64,000 nucleotides of DNA from an uncultured Ignavibacteria bacterium (GCA_964627935.1 CAZVLB010000017.1:6853-70852), one strand, 5' to 3'. Shown: positions 9,751-18,068, counted from the first letter of the stretch. The notes: a model not told the origin generated them from the letters alone. Made by a program: numbers and translations.

Positions 9751-9965
9751 TTCGATATATCGCGCTAATTCTATATCATATATTGTTTTAAAATATTGAG
9801 CGTTTCACTTTTCAGAGCACCGAAACGTTCGTTCCTGCATCTCTGTCTTTCCTGGCACGAGCGCCATGCGCCCGCTGGACGATAAATATTTATCTGAACG
9901 TCAGTGCCATTTTTACCGTTTAATATATGCATTCAGTCAATTTGATTTTACTAAAAAGGGCATCT

Positions 9966-11120
9966 ATGTTCAGACGGTTCGCATTGTATCTGTTCATTTC
10001 AATCGCGGTCATACTGGCCTGCAGTGAAAATTCGACCGATCCGGTGGCTGAAAACCAGCCGATCGTTTTGCGGGTCCCCCTGCAATATGCCACCATCCAG
10101 GAGGCCATCGATGCCGCCTCTGACGGTGATACTGTTATGGTCGCCGATGGCAGCTATAGCGGGACGGGAAATCGCAATATAAATCTCAATGGTAAGGCGC
10201 TGGTATTGCGCTCGCAAAATGGAGCGGAAAACACGATTATAGATATTGCCGCCACATTTGAGGATAACTACCGGGCCTTTATTTTCAACAGCGGCGAGAG
10301 GCATTCATCAGTTATCGATGGATTTACCATTCGCAATGGTTACGGGTATGTTACTCGCGCTGAACGTGAGGGTGGTGCGATATATATTCGCCGGGCCTCG
10401 CCACTGATTAGAAACTGCATTTTCGAGGACAATTCCGGTGATAAAAACGGCGGGGCAATCGCTGCCATAGTTTCCAGTCTTAAAATAGAAAACTGTGTAT
10501 TTATAGGAAATTTCGCGGAATATGGAGCCGCTATTTATATATCCGGCCTGGACAATGATCAATTCGAGGGCCCGGTGACACCGTCTATAAAAGGCTGCTC
10601 ATTCGAACACAATTTCGGCGTTATCGGCGAGGGCTTCGGCGGTGCAATTTATATTCAGTACGGTAATATGGTGCTCGAGATTGAGGACTGCCTCTTTACC
10701 GGCAATTCATCCGGTGCAGGCGGGGCGATCGGAGCCGGTTTTAACTCCAGCGTGATGATAGACAACTGCACTTTCTATGACAATTCCGGAAAACTTGGAT
10801 CTGCGGTATATCTTTTTGGCAACAGGCCGGATACGATCACTAATACGATTATGGCCTTCAACAACGGCGGCGCGGCGCTGGAATGCAATATCCAGAACAA
10901 CATGACCATCACGAAATCCAATCTTTACAGAAATCAGGGTGGCGACTGGACCGGATGTGTGGCCTTTGAGTTCAATAAAAACTACAATATCTGGAGCAAC
11001 CCCCGCTTCTGTGATCCCGAATCCGGAGATTTTACACTTATGAACGATTCTCCCTGTAGTGCAGATAACAATGCCAGCGGTGAATTGATCGGTGCGTTCG
11101 AGGTGGGTTGCAGCCGATGA
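9966..11120 (+). CDS. Right-handed parallel beta-helix (pectin-lyase-like, Pmp-type GGAI repeats) lipoprotein
   Basis: Lipobox ILAC, TIQEAIDAA..GDTV.VADG.Y, repeated GGAI / F.xN motifs, NPRFCD..GDF C-terminus. Confidence 0.8.
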   Translation: MFRRFALYLFISIAVILACSENSTDPVAENQPIVLRVPLQYATIQEAIDAASDGDTVMVADGSYSGTGNRNINLNGKALVLRSQNGAENTIIDIAATFEDNYRAFIFNSGERHSSVIDGFTIRNGYGYVTRAEREGGAIYIRRASPLIRNCIFEDNSGDKNGGAIAAIVSSLKIENCVFIGNFAEYGAAIYISGLDNDQFEGPVTPSIKGCSFEHNFGVIGEGFGGAIYIQYGNMVLEIEDCLFTGNSSGAGGAIGAGFNSSVMIDNCTFYDNSGKLGSAVYLFGNRPDTITNTIMAFNNGGAALECNIQNNMTITKSNLYRNQGGDWTGCVAFEFNKNYNIWSNPRFCDPESGDFTLMNDSPCSADNNASGELIGAFEVGCSR

Positions 11121-11227
11121 TTCGCAGAAACTGCGCCGTTTATAAGTTGTATAATACTTATGCGGAATGCGATGGGACAGTATAAATTGAGGTGATAATG
11201 CGGCGGGTATGTTTCGGTTCTTGCGCA

Positions 11228-11240
11228 TAAGTCCTTGATT
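11228..11240 (-). promoter_or_regulatory. IHF-type binding site candidate
   Basis: Reverse strand AATCAAGGACTTA = exact WATCAANNNNTTR consensus, adjacent to -35 element. Confidence 0.4.
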
Positions 11241-11244
11241 TTAC

Positions 11245-11273
11245 TTGACAAATCAGTGTTGTATAAATATAAT
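11245..11273 (+). promoter_or_regulatory. Consensus sigma70 promoter upstream of peptide/TPR-bEBP operon
   Basis: TTGACA (11245-11250) - 17 nt - TATAAT (11268-11273). Confidence 0.8.
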
Positions 11274-11404
11274 TGGATTTAGAAAACTGACTTTCCCCGA
11301 CACCCTTATAAACCGCCCGAATTTTAATTAATCACTGTTTGTGTATTTACGTCTATTTTTCGGGTTGATAATTTTTGTTTTATAATATCCAAGGAGCGTG
11401 CCCC

Positions 11405-11719
11405 ATGCATTGCAAGAAAATTTTAATTTTCACTGTTCTGCTCCTGTTCCTGGCTGTCAATTCTGTCCCATTGATTGCCTCTGATCGTCCGATGCAGGAT
11501 CCGACGATCGAAAATGCTCATAACAATGAGGCGGATGGCGGCGGTGGTGGTGAGGAACACCCCTGGCAGGACAATGATGATGACGATGATGGGCTTTTCA
11601 ATTACAAGAAAGGCTTGCAGTATCTGATCAGCCTGTTTACCAGAGACAAAGAGGCCGACCAGAAACCCGAAAGGTCCAAAAAGGCCGAACCGGTCAAGAA
11701 ATTTGATAAGAAGAAATAA
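11405..11719 (+). CDS. Small exported protein (104 aa), candidate signalling pro-peptide
   Basis: AAGGAG RBS; signal peptide MHCKKILIFTVLLLFLAVNSVPLIA; low-complexity GGGGG-EEHPWQD-NDDDDD segment; Lys-rich tail. Confidence 0.75.
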   Translation: MHCKKILIFTVLLLFLAVNSVPLIASDRPMQDPTIENAHNNEADGGGGGEEHPWQDNDDDDDGLFNYKKGLQYLISLFTRDKEADQKPERSKKAEPVKKFDKKK

Positions 11720-11736
11720 GCTTATCGCAAACAGAT

Positions 11737-13965
11737 ATGAAATCAATTAGCGCGACAGAATTAGCGGAGCAGGCGGTTATTTCGATCAGGGCCGCAATTG
11801 AGGAAGGCGACTACAAGGGCGCATTGGCCGCCCTGCGTGAGGCCGAATCTCAGGACAGCGGAGTGCTGGAAAATTCACCCCGTTTCCTGGAAATGAAGGC
11901 CCGGATCCTCAATTTGATGGGCGATTACGGTACTGCCCTGGATGCCGCGCAATCCGCCTATAAGCTGGCTCGTTCCGGAACGGACAATGATCTGATTGCC
12001 CGTATCCAGACGCAAACAGCCAAGGCCTATCTGTCGCTTGGTAAAACCGAGCAGGCTGAACGGGAATACGGCGATGTTATCGCCTCTTACCGCAGGTCAG
12101 GCAATGTCGGCGGTATCATAGATACATTAAACCGCCTGGCCCAGATCAACTTTATCGAATCCGATTTTGAGCGGGCCGCACGGGTACTGAATGAAGCCCT
12201 GGAATATGCCCGTCAAAACGGCCTGACCGACAGAATTGCCAAGCTGACCGGAAACCTGGGCCAGATTGCCAGTATGCTGGGCGATTACGATCAGGCGGTT
12301 GAACATATCGGCATATCGATCGCAAGAAATGCCGAGATCAAAAATTTCCCCAACCTGTGTCGCGCCTATCTATCATTGGCTTATGCGGAAATTCGCCTGG
12401 GCAATTTCGATTCTGCCCGCAAATCATTGCATAGAGCCGAGAGATTGATAGAAAAACATAACCTGACCCGTGAATACGGTATCTTCAATGAATACCTGGC
12501 CGATCTCGAATACGAGGTGGGCAATTATGATCAGGCGCTCGAGGCAATCAGTAAGACACTCGAACATGCCTATAAGCTCAGTGCCGCTTCCGCGCTCATT
12601 TCTCAGGGAGAGAGATTGAAGGCTGAAATACTACTCCAGAAGAATGACCTCGATGGGGCACGCAAAGCAGCCCGGAGCGCATTGGAAGTTGCCGAAAAGA
12701 TCGGTGAAAAGCTGGAAGCCGGTTCGGCCAAACGAGTACTGGCCGAGCTGGCCTCATTGCGACGCGAGAACCAGAAATCGCGGGACCTGATCTATTCGGC
12801 CATCGACCTGATCAAGGGCAGTTATGCACGCCATGATCTGGCCCTTGCTTATGTCTCGGCCTACCGTATTCATCGCGGCAATATCGGCCAGTCACAGTAT
12901 TATCTGCAGATGGCGCGGGAGTTGTATTCGGCTATGGGGCTTGATTTTGAGCTGAATCACAGTGCATCGCATAAGCAGTCCGAGGAAACCAATTATGAAA
13001 TCGCCAGCTCAGAGGGCGAAATCATCAGCATCATAACATCAGACCGTCGCATGAAAGCTATCATGAGAGCGGTTGACTCGATCAAGGATTCAGATATTCC
13101 AATCTTAATCGGCGGCGAAACCGGAACCGGCAAGGACCAGCTGGCAAAATATATTCATTATTCCTCCAAACGAAGGAGCAAAAATTTCATTCCGGTCAAC
13201 TGCGCCGCGATACCTCATGAACTGGCCGAATCCGAGCTGTTCGGGCATGTCAAAGGGGCCTACACAAATGCCGTGCAAAACAAAGATGGCCTCATAGTTG
13301 CGGCCGATGGGGGAACGCTATTCTTAAATGAGATCGGCGAACTCTCGCCTGCTATACAGGCCAAACTGCTGGGCGTGCTTGAGAATAAGAGAGTTATGAG
13401 GATAGGCGATCCTAACCCGCGCGAGGTTGATTTCAGGCTGATCTGCGCCACAAATCGTGATCTCGAAGAAGAGGTGCGCGAGGGCACATTCCGGCAGGAT
13501 CTCTATTTCCGTATTGCCGTGATGACATTCGAACTTCCGCCCTTATCGCAGCGAGGCGATGATCTCTTTGAGCTTATTACACATTTCCTGAGGCAGCATG
13601 GTTTCGAGGTAAATCTGGAAAAAGATTTTACTTCAAAAGAGCTCAGGTCCAAACTTATGGGCTATGACTGGCCCGGCAATATCCGTGAATTACGCAATGA
13701 GATCAATCTGCTGGCGCTTTCATTCCCGGGAGATACGCATAAGGTTCTTGAGGAGCTGGCCTCCAAGCTGTCCGATGAAGCCAACCAGGCCAAGGTGGAT
13801 CATGATGCCGGCCTTGCCGACCAGATCAACGCCTTTGAGAGGGGCAAGATTCTGGAGGCTCTGGCACAGACCGATTATGTTATCCGCCAGGCAGCATCTC
13901 ATCTCAAGATGCCGGAGGCTACCTTGCGTTCGAAGATAAAGAAACATAATATTATTATTGCGTAG
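11737..13965 (+). CDS. TPR-domain sigma54-interacting transcriptional regulator (bEBP)
   Basis: ~400 aa TPR-like helical repeats; Walker A GETGTGKD; ESELFGH; GAYTNA (GAFTGA variant); FRQDLYFR; WPGNIREL; Fis-type HTH. Confidence 0.9.
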   Translation: MKSISATELAEQAVISIRAAIEEGDYKGALAALREAESQDSGVLENSPRFLEMKARILNLMGDYGTALDAAQSAYKLARSGTDNDLIARIQTQTAKAYLSLGKTEQAEREYGDVIASYRRSGNVGGIIDTLNRLAQINFIESDFERAARVLNEALEYARQNGLTDRIAKLTGNLGQIASMLGDYDQAVEHIGISIARNAEIKNFPNLCRAYLSLAYAEIRLGNFDSARKSLHRAERLIEKHNLTREYGIFNEYLADLEYEVGNYDQALEAISKTLEHAYKLSAASALISQGERLKAEILLQKNDLDGARKAARSALEVAEKIGEKLEAGSAKRVLAELASLRRENQKSRDLIYSAIDLIKGSYARHDLALAYVSAYRIHRGNIGQSQYYLQMARELYSAMGLDFELNHSASHKQSEETNYEIASSEGEIISIITSDRRMKAIMRAVDSIKDSDIPILIGGETGTGKDQLAKYIHYSSKRRSKNFIPVNCAAIPHELAESELFGHVKGAYTNAVQNKDGLIVAADGGTLFLNEIGELSPAIQAKLLGVLENKRVMRIGDPNPREVDFRLICATNRDLEEEVREGTFRQDLYFRIAVMTFELPPLSQRGDDLFELITHFLRQHGFEVNLEKDFTSKELRSKLMGYDWPGNIRELRNEINLLALSFPGDTHKVLEELASKLSDEANQAKVDHDAGLADQINAFERGKILEALAQTDYVIRQAASHLKMPEATLRSKIKKHNIIIA

Positions 13966-14174
13966 AAATTAAAAAATCCGACGGTAATTCTTACGGCTTC
14001 ATAATTCGCTTATATTCAACAACTTACATTAGTCATCCCATATTTGGTGATTGCATCGAAGCAAATTCTGCGCTTATTGGATATTTCCCATTTTTAATAA
14101 CCGGCTTATCGTCATCCTGTCTAATATATTGTCTAATAATGGATTAAGCCAGCCGATTGTCAGCATTTGTTTTT

Positions 14175-14190
14175 TGGCACAATGATTGCA
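14175..14190 (+). promoter_or_regulatory. Sigma54 (-24/-12) promoter
   Basis: TGGCAC-AATGA-TTGCA, GG-N10-GC spacing exact; 210 nt downstream of a bEBP gene. Confidence 0.85.
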
Positions 14191-14200
14191 TTATATATGA

Positions 14201-14315
14201 GTGCTTTTATAAGCATGTGAGCTTTTTCTGGGTTACCTCCCTTTTTGAAAGAGTAATTCGGGAGGCTTTGGGCATTAATCCCTTCATCCTTGGCGGAGGA
14301 TGAAGGGATTTTTTT
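14201..14315 (+). ncRNA. Putative sigma54-dependent small RNA (~115 nt)
   Basis: Begins at predicted +1 of sigma54 promoter, 5' hairpin GTGCTT-TTAT-AAGCAT, CCTCCC/GGGAGG stem, ends in intrinsic terminator; no translatable ORF. Confidence 0.6.
14277..14315 (+). terminator. Intrinsic terminator
   Basis: AATCCCTTCATCCT-TGGCGG-AGGATGAAGGGATT perfect 14-bp stem followed by T run. Confidence 0.85.
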
Positions 14316-14319
14316 ATCA

Positions 14320-14348
14320 TTGCGAAACATTTTCCGTTTAAATATCAT
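14320..14348 (+). promoter_or_regulatory. Candidate sigma70 promoter of DUF202 gene
   Basis: TTGCGA - 17 nt - TATCAT. Confidence 0.45.
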
Positions 14349-14378
14349 TATAATGAAAACAGATTGTGGTGATAAAAT

Positions 14379-14765
14379 ATGACAATGGATAAACCCGCAA
14401 AAAATTTCAAGGGCTGCGAAAAGCCTAACGAATCAGAGATTATTGGACGGATTACCATGCTCCTGGCGGCCAAACGAACATCGTTGGCTGTGCTCAGGAC
14501 CGGAATAGCAATCCTTACCCTGCCGTTTTCGGTTGTAACTGTTTTGATTGCAACATCCAAAAGCTATGAATTTACCGAAAACCTGCTTTTCATTATACCT
14601 TTGATGGCTCTGAATACCCTTCTGGTTGCGCTGAGTATGTATCTTATGGCTCGTTCCATATTGCGCATCCATAAAATAGATATCCTCATTACCAAATTGA
14701 AAGAGGAGGATCCCCAGGTCATGAAAACCACTGACTGGGAGCATGAGCTTACCGATGTGAAATAA
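14379..14765 (+). CDS. DUF202-like small inner membrane protein
   Basis: LAAKRTSLAVLRTGIA motif followed by two TM helices. Confidence 0.65.
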   Translation: MTMDKPAKNFKGCEKPNESEIIGRITMLLAAKRTSLAVLRTGIAILTLPFSVVTVLIATSKSYEFTENLLFIIPLMALNTLLVALSMYLMARSILRIHKIDILITKLKEEDPQVMKTTDWEHELTDVK

Positions 14766-14854
14766 CATCCTCTCGGCGTTCACTTTAACCCCCAAAAATC
14801 GGTTTACAAATCAGCAAAAATAGATTATACTCCTGATCATTCTGGAGGTGTGTT

Positions 14855-16252
14855 ATCAGCAAGCAGAGAACTATCGGCAGAACAGTGGAATTACGGGGTG
14901 TTGGCCTGCATACCGGATGTGAATCGATTACCCGTTTTTGCCCGGCGGGCATTGATGAAGGCATCACATTCAAGCGCACAGATGCTCCCGGATGTCCCAA
15001 AATTCCCGCACTGCTGGAAAATGTCGTTGACCTCAACCGTGGCACAACATTGGGGGTGGGCGAATACAAGGTACATACCGTAGAACACGTCCTATCGGCT
15101 TTAGCAGGTATGGAAATAGACAACATTGTTGTTGAGCTGGATAATATTGAGCCTCCGATCATGGATGGTTCCATGAAACCGTTCGTGGACAAAATCATCG
15201 AAGCCGGGATAGTCGAGCAGGATGCCGAAAAGAACTACCTTGTCATAGACCAGCCGATTTCATATTCCGAACCGGATCGCAATATTGATATTGTCGTGAC
15301 TCCCTCTGAAGCAATTAGAATAACCTTTCTGATAGACTACAAAAATCCGGCTCTGGGTACCCAGTATACATCCCTGGTGAACCTGGAGGAGGAATTCGTC
15401 GATGAATTTGCGCCGGCGCGCACATTCTGCTTCCTGTCCGAGGTCCAGACCCTGCGTGAACAGGGCATAATCAAAGGCGGTGCACTGGATTCCGCGATTG
15501 TAATCGTGGACAGTGACCTGGATCAGGATCATAAAAATGAGATCAAGAATCAGTTCAATCTGAAAGAAGATATCTTTATCGGCAAGACCGGTATCTTGAA
15601 TGATATACCGATGCGTTTTTACAATGAGCCGGTGCGTCATAAAGCGGCAGATTTATTGGGCGACCTGATGTTAATCGGTATGCCGATCAAGGGGCATATA
15701 CTTGCCGCCCGCTCGGGACATGCCGCCAATGTCGCCCTGGCGCGCAAAATTAAGTCTGTCCATGAAAAGAAGCAGATGTCGGAGAAATTCTCCAGTACTG
15801 CAGCCAGGGGCAGGGATTTTATGTTTGATTCGGTGGCGGTCATGAATATCATGCCGCACCGTTACCCATTCCTTCTGGTGGACCGAATCATCGACCTGGA
15901 GCCGGGCAAGAAAGTTATCGCCCAGAAAAATGTTACCATCAATGAGCCCTTCTTTCAGGGCCATTTCCCCGGCCACCCAATCATGCCGGGAGTTTTAATA
16001 ATAGAGGCGCTGGCACAGGCGGGCGGTTTTCTGCTTTTGCATACACTTGATGATCCGGACAGCAAGCTGGTATATTTCATGTCAATCGAACATGCCAAAT
16101 TCAGAAAACCGGTGCTTCCCGGGGATGTGCTCAGATTCGAACTGGAACTGAAAGCCCTGCGCAGGAACACATGCAAGATTGCGGGCAAGGCTTATGTCGA
16201 CGGGCAGGTGGCCGCCGAGGCGACCTTTATGTCCGCCATCGTGGATAGATAA
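14855..16252 (+). CDS. lpxC/fabZ: Bifunctional LpxC (UDP-3-O-acyl-GlcNAc deacetylase) / FabZ dehydratase; likely non-canonical start
   Basis: KQRTI..GVGLHTG, TVEHVLSAL, ARTF, RHKAADLLGD, HRYPFLLVD, GHFPGHPIMPGV; first canonical start (GTG 14885) lies after KQRT. Confidence 0.95.
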   Translation: MSKQRTIGRTVELRGVGLHTGCESITRFCPAGIDEGITFKRTDAPGCPKIPALLENVVDLNRGTTLGVGEYKVHTVEHVLSALAGMEIDNIVVELDNIEPPIMDGSMKPFVDKIIEAGIVEQDAEKNYLVIDQPISYSEPDRNIDIVVTPSEAIRITFLIDYKNPALGTQYTSLVNLEEEFVDEFAPARTFCFLSEVQTLREQGIIKGGALDSAIVIVDSDLDQDHKNEIKNQFNLKEDIFIGKTGILNDIPMRFYNEPVRHKAADLLGDLMLIGMPIKGHILAARSGHAANVALARKIKSVHEKKQMSEKFSSTAARGRDFMFDSVAVMNIMPHRYPFLLVDRIIDLEPGKKVIAQKNVTINEPFFQGHFPGHPIMPGVLIIEALAQAGGFLLLHTLDDPDSKLVYFMSIEHAKFRKPVLPGDVLRFELELKALRRNTCKIAGKAYVDGQVAAEATFMSAIVDR

Positions 16253-16253
16253 T

Positions 16254-17033
16254 ATGGCTGAATCCAAAATTCATCCTACAGCAATAATCGACCCCGGGGC
16301 AAATCTCGATTCATCAGTGGAGGTCGGGCCCTATGCCATTATCGAGGATGATGTAGAAATCGCCGCCGGATGTAAAATCGGCCCGCGCTCATTGATTGCC
16401 TCCGGCACCCGCATGGAGGAGAATGTCCAGGTCTTTCATTGTGCCACAGTCGGAACCATTCCCCAGGATTTGAAATTCGGGGGCGAAAAAACAATCCTCA
16501 AAATCGGCGCCAATTCAATCATTCGCGAATATTGTACCCTCAATCGCGGTACCGACTGGTCGGGCCAGTCTGTGCTGGGCAGGAACTGCATGATGATGGC
16601 CTACTGCCATATTCCCCATGATGCTGTCGTTGGCGATAATGTTATCATGGCCAATTGCGTGCAGATGGGCGGGCATGTGGTTGTCGGTGATTATGCTATA
16701 ATAGGGGGTGGTTCGGTCGTTCATCAGTTTACCAAGATCGGCGCGCATGTAATCATTGGCGGCGGGCTCCGTATCACCCAGGATATAGTTCCCTTTGCCG
16801 TGATCGGCGGCTATCCGCTGGAGGTCGGCGGTGTAAATATAGTGGGCCTTAAAAGGCGCGGCTTCAAACTGGATCAGATCAAGGTTCTCAAACAGGCCTT
16901 TCGCTTTCTGTTTGAGTCTGGTCTGAATACCTCCCAGGCGGTCGATAAAATAAGGGCCGAACTGGAGCAAACCGATGAGATCAGGCTGCTTCTGGATTTT
17001 ATCGAAAAATCGGACCGGGGCCTGATAAAATAA
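16254..17033 (+). CDS. lpxA: Acyl-ACP--UDP-N-acetylglucosamine O-acyltransferase
   Basis: IHPTAIID, PQDLKF, IREYCTLNRGT, hexapeptide repeats, VHQF, N.VGLKRRGF. Confidence 0.95.
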   Translation: MAESKIHPTAIIDPGANLDSSVEVGPYAIIEDDVEIAAGCKIGPRSLIASGTRMEENVQVFHCATVGTIPQDLKFGGEKTILKIGANSIIREYCTLNRGTDWSGQSVLGRNCMMMAYCHIPHDAVVGDNVIMANCVQMGGHVVVGDYAIIGGGSVVHQFTKIGAHVIIGGGLRITQDIVPFAVIGGYPLEVGGVNIVGLKRRGFKLDQIKVLKQAFRFLFESGLNTSQAVDKIRAELEQTDEIRLLLDFIEKSDRGLIK

Positions 17034-17135
17034 ATCTTCGCCGGTCTTTCCCCATTTATTCTTGAAGACTCGCTTTCAATTACGTATAATTCTTATAAGC
17101 AACTAACTGCTAATACTTTACAAAAGAGGTCCGAA

Positions 17136-17498
17136 ATGGCGAAGATTGCAATTCTGGGATGTAAGCGGGTTCAGGATCAGCTTTGCATTGCCTGCGCAAA
17201 ATGTATGAAAGCGATTCACGAACGCGAAGGCGAATTCGCAAGATATTCCGAGGATGATGAGATCGATCTGGTGGCATTAGGCAATTGCGGAGATTGCCCC
17301 GGCCTGTATATTCCCAAGATCAAGCTGATGAATGAGATCGTGGACTATATCGAACGCGATTACGATATCCTGCATCTGGGCACATGCATGGTCAAGGCCA
17401 AAAAGACCGGCCAGTGCCCGATCGATTTCGATCAGCTGGCCACCCTGGTCAAAGAAAACTTTGGCAAGGAAGTTGTCGTCGGGACACATACATATTAG
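17136..17498 (+). CDS. CGGC domain metal-binding protein
   Basis: IAILGC...C..C..C, CGDCPG, HLGTC, CP, VVVGTH pattern. Confidence 0.8.
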   Translation: MAKIAILGCKRVQDQLCIACAKCMKAIHEREGEFARYSEDDEIDLVALGNCGDCPGLYIPKIKLMNEIVDYIERDYDILHLGTCMVKAKKTGQCPIDFDQLATLVKENFGKEVVVGTHTY

Positions 17499-17598
17499 TT
17501 ATCCCCATTTTATCGCGGCAGGAACAAAGATCAAGCCGCCATTGTTTATGTGGATAAATTTAATCCACTATTGATTTTGTTTGAAAGGGAAAACTCGA

Positions 17599-17979
17599 AT
17601 GGTCAGGATTGCCGTGATAGGATGCAAGAAACGCAGAGAAAGCCCCGGTTCGATGTGCTCCGATTGCCGCGAGGATATGCAGGAACGCGACAGCCAGTTC
17701 AAACGCTATAAATCCGATGATAAGCTGGTGGCGATAGCAAATACAGGCGAGACCAAAAATCTGATTGGGCCTGATGTTTCGGATATGAATCAGGCGGCCG
17801 AATATATAGCTTGCAATTATGATGTCCTGCATGTGGCCAAGTGTCTTCCCAAGAAAAAGAAGAAGGGCAAGCAAACATTCGATTTCGAATCTCTGGCCGA
17901 GAAGCTGAACAACGAGCATGGCAAAACCGTGGTTGTCGGTAAATACAGCTATGATCAATGGAAAAACAAAAAGGACTGA
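17599..17979 (+). CDS. Degenerate CGGC domain paralog
   Basis: Aligns end-to-end with upstream CGGC protein but CGDC replaced by TGET and GTH by GKY. Confidence 0.7.
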   Translation: MVRIAVIGCKKRRESPGSMCSDCREDMQERDSQFKRYKSDDKLVAIANTGETKNLIGPDVSDMNQAAEYIACNYDVLHVAKCLPKKKKKGKQTFDFESLAEKLNNEHGKTVVVGKYSYDQWKNKKD

Positions 17980-18068
17980 TCCCTCTTTTCTCTCTCCCGA
18001 TACAATGTTATCGCAATAGAACTGTCTGATTGACTTTTAATCCGCATAGTCATATCTTTCATGCTATT

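Noticed and set aside
9853-9869. TGGCAC...GC resembling a sigma54 promoter
   Set aside because: GG-to-GC spacing is 12 rather than the obligatory 10.
11537-11590. GGN and GAY trinucleotide runs as tandem repeat or phase-variation tract
   Set aside because: In-frame, mixed-codon Gly and Asp runs; coding low complexity, not a DNA repeat.
14197-14220. Tiny ORF MSAFISM after the sigma54 promoter
   Set aside because: Its ATG lies upstream of the predicted +1 (about 14201) and it has no RBS; a non-coding RNA is the better reading.
14160-14348. 62-aa minus-strand ORF over the sRNA region
   Set aside because: Runs antisense through the terminator and promoter, with no RBS or recognisable motif.
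14855-16252. LpxC-FabZ fusion as a novelty
   Set aside because: Well known in Bacteroidota/Chlorobi and relatives.
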